A DNA stretch of 64,000 nt from Takakia lepidozioides (taxonomy: Eukaryota > Plantae > Bryophyta), in NCBI GenBank assembly GCA_030704615.1, contig CM060733.1:11718001-11782000 (forward strand). Reading direction: 5' to 3'. A program made the position numbers and the translations under genes. This document shows positions 9,510-18,083 of the stretch, in pieces. The first letter of the stretch is position 1, and each line of letters begins with the position of its first letter. The notes beneath the pieces are model-generated. The model worked only from the letters and a program-made list of their open reading frames with translations. It was not told the origin of the DNA and made no database searches.

Positions 9510-12479
9510 CTATCCAATGCAATGTGGACATAACCAATCCCCATCCGGAACCATCTCAAGAGGTGGAGTCAAGCACCCCATATGCCAACCTCTAGAGCAT
9601 CGATCACACACCAGCATGGTGGCTGCCCCTTTAGCAGACCCACACAACATGCACCTCAAACCTGCAGATACCACTGCCAGGTTTGGGTCAATCCTGCCAT
9701 CGACATTCGGAAGGTGACATGGCGCACAATTACGCACATGGTCCTTCCAAGCTATGCCATCCCGACCCTCCAAGACCAAGACGCCTGAGGGCAAGACCTC
9801 TCGAACCCTCAAAATAACACGTCCTGCAGTCACATCCAGGGTCGTAGGAGCAGTCTGCTGCAGATAGACATAGTCACCAGGGTTGAATCTCCGAACCCCA
9901 GGATGATAGCCCCCACCACGTATGGTAGCATACCTCAACGTATCACGGTGTTGTGCAATGGCAAGGTTCTCGAAAGCCATGGGCATGACTCTCTTGAACA
10001 ACTCTGCACGCTGCTCACATGCACGTGCCCACACATCCGGATCGTCAAGGTTAAGAACGGTAGCAGCTTCTCTGCGAATGGATGTAGGCAAATCCGGCTC
10101 TCGGCCAAAGAGAAGAAAGTATGGTGAGAAGGAGGCAAGTGATGCTTGCTTGCTGAACCTGTAGCCCATGGCTAACCAGGGTAACTGAAGGTCCCAATCT
10201 CCTAGGTGTCCCTTCTGCAAGCCATACTTGCGCAAACCCCTCTTTACTGTCTGAACAACTCTCTCTGCCAAGCCATCGGCCTCAGGATGATCCCGAGAAG
10301 TGGTGCGGTGGTCTATCAAGGCCTTGTCACACAAAGCCTGAAACTCCCCCAAGAACTCTCTCCCTTGGTCCGTGAGTACCTCAGCTGGAGCACCGAATCG
10401 GCTAAGCACACAATCCAAGAATGCATACGCAGCTCCCTCACTAGCCTTATCAGGCAATGGAACCAATTCAATCCACTTGGAGAAGTGCTCCACCATCACC
10501 AACACGTACTTGTTGTGGCGCATGGTCAGTGGCAACGGCCCTGCGAAGTCAAGACTCCACCTGTAGCCCAATCCCATGATCGGAAGAGGGTGCAATTGTG
10601 GAGTAGGGGCGTTGAATGAAGCACGCACCCTGTCACACACCATGCACCTAGCCACAAATTGTTGCACCTCTGTGTGCATACCACGCCACCAATACTGCCC
10701 CTGCAGTAGACTATGAGTGCGTCGCACCCCAAAATGCCCCAACTCCTCATGGGCATGCCGCACTAACCGTGCCCGCTGTGTTGGGTGAGGCACAATCCTC
10801 ACTCGACCATCCTCCCACACTCGGAGCAGGTGTGTCCCCTCCCACCTGAACCTCTTGGCTCGTTGTAGGATCCGATCCCTCTCCTTGGCAGTCATAGTGG
10901 CTGCCGTGTCTCCACTGCGGAGGTCCAACACAACTGTCCTCATGTATACTTTGCCACTCCTCTCTTGCTCATTGGCCTCAGGGTCCTCAGACACTTGATC
11001 TACAGTCATCCCTGTTGTAGGTCCAACCTGGCCTTCCGCTGCCAAGATACACAGAAATGCAGATGCATGCCATCCGGGCACCATCTCCTCGTCCGTCTCA
11101 CCATGCCACCGAGCTCCAGTGTCATCCTGCTGGCTCGTGCATGGATTGCGACTCAACCCATCTGCATTTCGATTGACCAAACCCGGTCGATGCACCACCT
11201 GAAAGTCATACTCTTGAAGGATGAGTGCCCACCGTGCAAGCTTCCCCGTAAGCTTGTCTGACTCCATCAACCACTTGAGTGGTTGGTGATCCGTGACAAG
11301 GGTGAAGAGATTGCCGTATAGATAGCACCTGAAGTGTGCCACGGCCCACACTGCAGCTAAGCATTCTCCCTCATATGAGCTATACTTAGACTCTGCAGCA
11401 TTGTTCGAGCGGCTAGCATAAGCCACTACGAACTCTCTTCCCTCATCATCCACCTGTGTGAGCACCGCTCCAAGCCCCAGCATGCTCCAATCTGTATGCA
11501 GCTGAAAAGGACGCCCCCTGATAGGTCGTCTCAAGATGGGCGCCGAGGTCAACCTCGCCTTGAGCTCTTGAAAAGCTTGTTCTTGCTCATCTTCCCACTG
11601 CCACTCCTGGTCCACCTTGGTCAGCTTGGTTAGAGCCTTTGCAATGGCACTAAATCCCTTAACAAACCGTCTGTAATAGTTTGCTAACCCCATGAAAGCT
11701 CGAACTCGGCTCACATCCGTGGGGCGTGGAACCTGTGCAATGGACTCTACCTTAGTCTGCTGTACCCCCAATCCTCCAGGATATATCATGTGACCCAGAT
11801 ACTCAATCTGGTTGTGGAAAAACTTGCACTTGCCCGGATGTAACTTCAATCCGTGCGTCCTCAAGCGCTCAAATACCCCCTGAAGGTGTCTCTCATGCTC
11901 CTCCACCGTAGCACTAAAGATGATGATGTCATCTATGTAGCACCGAGCAAACTCCACCCCTGCTAGAATCCTGTCCATGACTCTTTGAAACTCAGCGGGA
12001 GCGTTTTTAAGCCCAAATGGTAAGAACCGCCACTGGTATAGGCAATCCTTCCCGTGCTCATTGATCCCCCAGAATGCCGTCTTTTGCTTATCCGCCTCCT
12101 TGATCGGCAACTGGTGATATCCGGATCGTAAATCCAACGTGCTAAAGACCTTGGAATGCCCAATGGCATCAAAGATCTCCTCTGGTGTTGGCATGGCATA
12201 CCTATCGGACTTGGTCTGACGATTTACAGGCCGGTAATCACCGCACATACGTCTCTCCGTCCAATTGCCATAGACATCCTTCTTAGCTGGCATCACTGTG
12301 GCTGAAGCATACTCTCCACCAGAGAGCTCCACCAAACCTGCCTCCCAGAGATCTTGAGTCCTCATCTGAATCAAAGACCTCTCCATGTCACTGTATCTAT
12401 AGGGTCTCCGAAAGATTGGCGTGTCAGTGGCCAACTCAATACGGATCTCTTGACCCTTCAGTGCTCCCAAGTCCTTCAA
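9510..12479 (-). CDS. pol: pol C-terminal part: reverse transcriptase, RNase H, integrase, PHD finger
   Basis: [32 protein letters not shown]; RNase H TDWS/YEGECLA/TDH/NADGLSR; integrase H-H-C-C and D(SLDF)-D(TDQG)-E(GLAER). RT-RH-IN order indicates Ty3/Gypsy. C4HC3 PHD at 9519-9653. Confidence 0.95.
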   Translation of the reverse strand: MKDLGALKGQEIRIELATDTPIFRRPYRYSDMERSLIQMRTQDLWEAGLVELSGGEYASATVMPAKKDVYGNWTERRMCGDYRPVNRQTKSDRYAMPTPEEIFDAIGHSKVFSTLDLRSGYHQLPIKEADKQKTAFWGINEHGKDCLYQWRFLPFGLKNAPAEFQRVMDRILAGVEFARCYIDDIIIFSATVEEHERHLQGVFERLRTHGLKLHPGKCKFFHNQIEYLGHMIYPGGLGVQQTKVESIAQVPRPTDVSRVRAFMGLANYYRRFVKGFSAIAKALTKLTKVDQEWQWEDEQEQAFQELKARLTSAPILRRPIRGRPFQLHTDWSMLGLGAVLTQVDDEGREFVVAYASRSNNAAESKYSSYEGECLAAVWAVAHFRCYLYGNLFTLVTDHQPLKWLMESDKLTGKLARWALILQEYDFQVVHRPGLVNRNADGLSRNPCTSQQDDTGARWHGETDEEMVPGWHASAFLCILAAEGQVGPTTGMTVDQVSEDPEANEQERSGKVYMRTVVLDLRSGDTAATMTAKERDRILQRAKRFRWEGTHLLRVWEDGRVRIVPHPTQRARLVRHAHEELGHFGVRRTHSLLQGQYWWRGMHTEVQQFVARCMVCDRVRASFNAPTPQLHPLPIMGLGYRWSLDFAGPLPLTMRHNKYVLVMVEHFSKWIELVPLPDKASEGAAYAFLDCVLSRFGAPAEVLTDQGREFLGEFQALCDKALIDHRTTSRDHPEADGLAERVVQTVKRGLRKYGLQKGHLGDWDLQLPWLAMGYRFSKQASLASFSPYFLLFGREPDLPTSIRREAATVLNLDDPDVWARACEQRAELFKRVMPMAFENLAIAQHRDTLRYATIRGGGYHPGVRRFNPGDYVYLQQTAPTTLDVTAGRVILRVREVLPSGVLVLEGRDGIAWKDHVRNCAPCHLPNVDGRIDPNLAVVSAGLRCMLCGSAKGAATMLVCDRCSRGWHMGCLTPPLEMVPDGDWLCPHCIG

Positions 12480-12939
12480 ACTGAAGGCAAAGCAATTCCT
12501 GTAAGCCCTCAGGAACCGCCGTATACGTCGTCTCTCTCCTCCGGTGACAATGGGTCCAATGTCAGGCTCCCAATTGTCCTCCGTAACTGCAACCTGAAGT
12601 CCAGTGGGCTTAGAGGTAGAGGACGCGTCCCGTGGTTGCTATGCTGCAACCTCTTGAGCAGTACCCCCTTCCTGCTCAGTCAATGACAAGGCCTCATCCT
12701 GCCCCATCATCTCATCATTGAGAACCTCCTCATCCCGAGAAGAATCCCCAACCTCATCCATCACAGCTGCCTTCGCTGCCAACTCCCTCTGAACCTCGAG
12801 CACCTCCCACGTGTGCCATGGATGTCTACACCTCGTGGTCCTCACCGGCTCGCCCCCACTCGCTGCCTGTACCGTCTCGGTAGGCAGAGAGACCGTCAAG
12901 GGAAGTGCACTCCGCACTCTACGTTGCTCAGCCATAGCC

Positions 12940-13885
12940 AAGCTGACAATCCAGGTCAAGCAATTGAGATCCATTGCTTGCCCCAGCACCTGACGACGTG
13001 ATGCCTCAGAAAGAGAAGGCACCGCCGTGGTCCCAGTGGAAAACCCCATAGCCCGCTCTCGCTCGTCGGCATTAGGCTCCACTAACTGCTGCAACTGAGC
13101 ATCCCACAAGAGGCCAGGTCCACCATCCCGAAAAGCATGGGATCCTGGGAAGCTGAGCAGTGTAGGTAATGCTGCTCGTGGTTGACCCACCCTGTTGACC
13201 ACTGCCAAAGGCGAACGGTCATCGTGTCTCACACGTTGAGACTGCCTTCCTGTGTCCAAAATGCCATCCACGGTGAGGTGTGCTGGCGCTGCACCCCATC
13301 AAATGCACGCTTGAGCAGTGCGGGTGGCATCAAGTTAGTCCACCATAGTCGTGGACGATGAGCCCGTGACCCCACTGCAGCTGCATCCAGCAACACTGCT
13401 GACCCAAGCCACGACCGGACTTGATGCACACTGGCCATCACCCTGGCCCGAGAATCACCCATCAGTGGTACATTCTCCAAGATGTATGCTGGAGATACAG
13501 GTTGATGAAGCTGCAAGCAGCGCAAAATCCGCATCATCTCCCAAAACAGACCCATCCTCGAGTCTCGCAATCCATTGCCATGCCTGGCTGATGAATGCCC
13601 TTGGCAGGGCCAACCTGCCACTACCAGATCAATGGAGCCAACCCGCTCCAAATCCTGCGCCCCCAGCAACGCAATGTTGCTGGCAAGGCCTGCTGATATC
13701 CACGAACTGCAGACACCGGCAACAACTCAGGGTACTGCTGCACCATCTGAGCAACATGGCGCAGTGAGACGCGTCGTTCAGTCTCATCCCTCTCCACATA
13801 CAGGTAACGTCGAACTCGTACACCTGCCTGCAGCACTGCAGCCAATCCAGTGCTGATCCCGCCAAATAAGTCCAGAAGGCATATG
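12940..13885 (-). pseudogene. DNMT3-like C5 DNA cytosine methyltransferase domain within pol (two frameshifts)
   Basis: Motif I LLDLFGGISTG; motif II YVERD; motif IV IDLVVAGWPCQG (Cys at 13604-13606); motif VI YILENV; motif VIII AHRPRLWWTN; motif IX ERERAMGF; motif X RRQVLGQAM. Spread over ORFs 13621-14241, 13229-13669 and 12639-13271. Confidence 0.92.
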
Positions 13886-14173
13886 CCTTCATCCGGCCGC
13901 TGCCACACAAGAGGTGTGGTGTCCAATGGCGACAACTGAGGTGGCCCTCGTACAATTACCGCACTCTCCTCCTCTCCTGACGGTACAAAAGCTTCTACCC
14001 AAGCTTGTTGCACCCGTCCATCAGCAGCGTGCTGCAAATCCTTGCTCGTACCCCACAATGGAGTGTGAGCAACCATGACAGGCAACTCCGCCGTACCATG
14101 CATATCATCCTGCTCTGCTGGAGGTGGCACATCCTCTGCATGGGCATTGCCTTCCAGCAACTCTCCAGGCCAG

Positions 14174-15205
14174 CTAACTGCAGCTGTGAAGGCGGCTAGT
14201 GTTGGCATTTGCCCGCTGCTGAGCAGCTGCAATACCCCCAATGAATGTCACAGGGAGCTGTGCACGGCGACCATCCCCTGACTGCCATCCAGGCCTGTAG
14301 GATGCTGACTCCTCCCAGAAATCCAGGGTGAAGCCCATGGGGTATAACACTGCCCCACCAACGAGGACATCGTAAGAGACCGCGTCTGTCACAATGGCCT
14401 TGGCTCGCATTACTGAGCCATTTACAGGATGATCCGGTTGCACTCTAATAGCCAACTGATGCCGTGTCATGCCGCGAGCCTGCTCTGATCCTCCCAGAGA
14501 TGTCTGTATCTGGAAAGGACAAGACTCCATATCCGCCTCCATGAGGCCCAAACCTGCAATAGCAGCTCTGCCCAACCGGTACTCTTGACCCCTGTACTTC
14601 TTGCCTGCCGGTCCACTCAAAGTGAAAATGCCTCCCTGGTTATCTAACAAGACAACTCCAGGTGTCACCATGGCACACTCAATGGCTGGCCTAGCTGGCA
14701 GCTCCGTCAATCTGGCAGCTGCAGCTTGCCAGGGCGCTGCCGTGGCAGTCTTGACCCTCAAATCCGAGGATCCCTCTGCCACTACACCTTCCAGTAACTC
14801 CGCAGAAGATGAAGTGACCTCTCCACTCTTGCAGAGTGTTGCTGCTAGTCTGAACACTGCAGCTGGTCTCACTCCCGGCGTCGCAATCATGGTCGCCGAG
14901 AACAGTGGGGCTTGACACACAGAGGTGGCTGCTCCCAATAACACACCGGCTGCACTAGCCTTGGTAGCAGGTGTCAGTGCTGCACGTGTAGGTCTCCCCA
15001 ATGGCATAGTAACCTCCGCCTCGGTAACAGTCGGGCGAGAACTAGGTGCCATGGATGGCGTTGACACTGTCTCCGCCAATGTGAATGACTGGGGAAGCCT
15101 CGCCTGACGGCTTGCCTCCCCACGCTGTGGATCCAATTCCACCTCTGCACCTCGTGGCTCAGGAACTCGTGCTGCTCCTCGAGTCACGGCTGCAGCAGAC
15201 TCCAC
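14174..15205 (-). CDS. pol N-terminal linker plus retropepsin-like protease region (catalytic D-S/T-G not found)
   Basis: In frame with gag after one TAG. Flap-like QIQTSLGG and YDVLVG motifs present; position between gag and RT. Confidence 0.6.
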   Translation of the reverse strand: MESAAAVTRGAARVPEPRGAEVELDPQRGEASRQARLPQSFTLAETVSTPSMAPSSRPTVTEAEVTMPLGRPTRAALTPATKASAAGVLLGAATSVCQAPLFSATMIATPGVRPAAVFRLAATLCKSGEVTSSSAELLEGVVAEGSSDLRVKTATAAPWQAAAARLTELPARPAIECAMVTPGVVLLDNQGGIFTLSGPAGKKYRGQEYRLGRAAIAGLGLMEADMESCPFQIQTSLGGSEQARGMTRHQLAIRVQPDHPVNGSVMRAKAIVTDAVSYDVLVGGAVLYPMGFTLDFWEESASYRPGWQSGDGRRAQLPVTFIGGIAAAQQRANANTSRLHSCS

Positions 15206-16813
15206 CTACTCTAGTGGTAGTGCTGCTCCGCACATAAATCCCATGCCTCCCATATCTCCTCCCTCAGGAGTAGGAGGTGGACCATCCCGCCTGGGAGCCG
15301 GTACCGCCTGAGCTATAGCCATGGCAGCGAGCCTCTGCTCTAGCTGCTGAAGCCGGTTGGCCATGCCTTGATCAACGCCCTGACCTCCGCGTCCTTGGCC
15401 ATGTTGAGCTTGCCCTTGGCCTGCACCTCGTGCCCGACCACCTCGTCCTCTCTGGGCTGGTCCACCTCGCCCCCGGCCACCATTGTTCCCTTGGAACTGG
15501 CCTGGGTGCAACTTAGGATGCAAGTCATAACACTGGGCATCTACATGCCCATTTTTGCCACAATGCCCACACTGCAACTGTGCAGGCTGTGCTTGTGCCG
15601 GCCTTCTGCCATTCTCTGGGCAATCTCTTTTGACATGGGGTCCTCCACATGTCCAACATATCACCCCTGGTTGCTGTTGGCCTGCAAAAGATGCCACGGG
15701 CCTCTGCACCTGAGGTCCCCTGTAAGCTCCATGGAACTTGGGCTGGGCAACCTTGCCCCCCTGACCACGCTGTTGGGCAGTCCCTTGTGCTTGTGGGCTG
15801 ACAGCTGTGCCCCGTACATGCATGTCCTTACCAAATCCAATTGTAACAACTCGCTCCTCCACCATGTTGAGCTCAATCCGCTCAGCCAGCAGAAACACAT
15901 CTGCTAATGTGGGTTGGGCTGCTTGTAACAGGGTTGCATCTCGCACCCTTCTCTTGAGTTCCTTGTCCAGAATTGCATACCAAAACTGGATTGCCTGAGC
16001 TTCAGTAACCCCTTGGGTCACACTTATCAAGCGCCTCATACGAGTGTACGCCTCTCGCAGGCTCTCATTGGGTTTGCGTTGGAAGTCTTGCAAACTTCGC
16101 AGCTTCTCTGTCCGTACACCTTGGTAGTTCCTCCGCAACTCCTGGAAGAACTCCACCACCGGGTTGAATCTAGGCACATGTGTTGTAGTCGTGGCAGGAG
16201 AAGTAGTAGCACATTTTGAACTGGTACCACCTATAGAAGTACCAGCACTACTTGCTCCACTACTAGTGCTGGTAGCGGGAGCTATTGGTACTGATGCAGC
16301 TACTGGTCGCGTCGTGCCTCGAGTAATGGAGACGTAGTCAGGTGACCAATACATCCTCCACTCCTCAATCTCTGCTTCATGTCCTCGCCTGAACTCGTGG
16401 TAATCGTCCATAGGCGGGCCTTCCAAATGCTGGAACAGTCCCTTCCACGCCATGAATGGGGTGAATAGCTGTGGATTGCGCATCTGCTGCAAATCACACC
16501 AGCTGTCGAACTCCTGGATAAAGTCATCCAACTCGATTGTGCCCACAGCTCCAGAGTACCTACGAGGCCCCTTGGTAGCTCCATACATCTCCTCCATGTC
16601 GTCCCACAACAATGGCGAATGAAAGTGCACACCTGTTGATGAAGCCTCCGAGTCTGTGTCTGACGCTACAGTAGTTGAGGGTGGCGGTGAAGGTGGTCTG
16701 AACCGAATACCTCGTCTTGTGAACCCACTCTCACTGTCACTGCTTGTAGCCGTACTCCCCTCAAAACCCTTGGGTAACTCCGTAATGACACTCACAATGT
16801 GCACCTCCTCCAC
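15206..16813 (-). CDS. gag: gag with capsid-like region and two zinc knuckles
   Basis: FQRKPNESLREAYTR major-homology-like motif; CWTCGGPHVKRDC and CGHCGKNGHVDAQC; RGG-rich tail. ORF is called from GTG; first ATG at 16597. Confidence 0.85.
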   Translation of the reverse strand: MEEVHIVSVITELPKGFEGSTATSSDSESGFTRRGIRFRPPSPPPSTTVASDTDSEASSTGVHFHSPLLWDDMEEMYGATKGPRRYSGAVGTIELDDFIQEFDSWCDLQQMRNPQLFTPFMAWKGLFQHLEGPPMDDYHEFRRGHEAEIEEWRMYWSPDYVSITRGTTRPVAASVPIAPATSTSSGASSAGTSIGGTSSKCATTSPATTTTHVPRFNPVVEFFQELRRNYQGVRTEKLRSLQDFQRKPNESLREAYTRMRRLISVTQGVTEAQAIQFWYAILDKELKRRVRDATLLQAAQPTLADVFLLAERIELNMVEERVVTIGFGKDMHVRGTAVSPQAQGTAQQRGQGGKVAQPKFHGAYRGPQVQRPVASFAGQQQPGVICWTCGGPHVKRDCPENGRRPAQAQPAQLQCGHCGKNGHVDAQCYDLHPKLHPGQFQGNNGGRGRGGPAQRGRGGRARGAGQGQAQHGQGRGGQGVDQGMANRLQQLEQRLAAMAIAQAVPAPRRDGPPPTPEGGDMGGMGFMCGAALPLE

Positions 16814-17333
16814 GTGACACTATAAGGCTCTAGTACTAATCTAATAGTGACACGGGTGGGCACCTGTTGCAGTCTAAGGGTCATATCCCAATGGCTCAGG
16901 GCACCTGCACCTGCATCCACCGCAAAAACTCCTATGGTTGGCTGGTCATCAACCCAGCCTCACCATAGAAGAAACACTGGTGGTCTTGCTGGTCATCACT
17001 CCAGCCTCACCACCGACAGCATACTCTAGGATTGACCGGTGATCAAATCCGGCCTAATCCCTATGAAAGCAAGCGCCCACACAAAACCAACATGGCGCAC
17101 AGTCAAGCATGCAGGTGTTGGGGGGGATCCAAACACAAGAAATCAAAACATCAACACCCCCACACCAAAATCCAGCAGCCACGCTGATCCTGCAGAATAT
17201 CCCAGCCCAAAAACCCCGGACTGACTGGCCTCCACCAAGAGAGGCTTTGGCAACTACAAGTATAAGGTAATGAAAATAGTACAAAGATGGAGGGGAAGAA
17301 TAGAAGCCCGCCCAAGCAAGATCTAACCCTGAT

Positions 17334-18083
17334 CTATGCTATCAACTTCCAGACTTCTCTCAAAGTACCTCGCTCTGCTTGATGGTAAGGTGTAGGAGGT
17401 ATATCTATGTCCAGAAACCTGCCACTAACCTTGTCCCAAGCTACAGTAGCTCGCTCTAACCAACCCTCCTCCTCTTTCTGCCAGGTAGAGACAAAGCAAC
17501 ACTCTGCTATCTCCCGCTCACTGAACACTAAAGAAAACAAAGGTAGGGTCTGATAGTCTCTCAACTCGAAAGCTTTGAGACGGTTGCGGGTGTCTTCATT
17601 GCGAATGACTGCATCGCCTTCAAACAGAACAAACTTGTCCTCGCTAATGAACCCCCGCTCGTGGTTGCCTTGTGCAGAGCGTGTCTGTCTGCAACACTGT
17701 CTAATTGCACAAACTTGTGCAGCTCCTGCTCCTCTGCTCCAGTACACCACGGCCTTGTGGCTGAACACCTTGGTCCCTGGAGCTGTCTTTGGCTGTGTTC
17801 CAAGCCTAGCTTTCACCCACTTTGGTATTTCACCTACAGCTGCAGAACTGCTGGCTCCAACAGAGTTCTGACTGTCCAAGGCGATATTGAGGCCCTCAAT
17901 GCCAACTACAGCAGTCTGTTGTCTACTGCTAATGCCTGACTCCCAGTATGCAATCAACTCGTCCAACTGTTCTCCACTCAAATCAGTCTGAGTTCCTTGG
18001 GAAACATAGATCCTGTCCCCTTGTGTGCACAGGCTAAGAGAAGAGACCTGCCCTTCAATTACGTCCTCATTTCCCCCAGCCAT
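17334..18083 (-). CDS. Accessory ORF of unknown function upstream of gag (249 aa)
   Basis: ATG-initiated, same strand as gag-pol, C-terminal 160 aa and stop position shared with copy A. Confidence 0.65.
   Translation of the reverse strand: MAGGNEDVIEGQVSSLSLCTQGDRIYVSQGTQTDLSGEQLDELIAYWESGISSRQQTAVVGIEGLNIALDSQNSVGASSSAAVGEIPKWVKARLGTQPKTAPGTKVFSHKAVVYWSRGAGAAQVCAIRQCCRQTRSAQGNHERGFISEDKFVLFEGDAVIRNEDTRNRLKAFELRDYQTLPLFSLVFSEREIAECCFVSTWQKEEEGWLERATVAWDKVSGRFLDIDIPPTPYHQAERGTLREVWKLIA

Noticed and set aside
12940-13885. Host DRM/DNMT3 gene or bacterial restriction-modification contamination
   Set aside because: Intronless, collinear with pol between protease-like and RT domains, no DRM permutation or UBA domains, no restriction partner, eukaryotic flanks.
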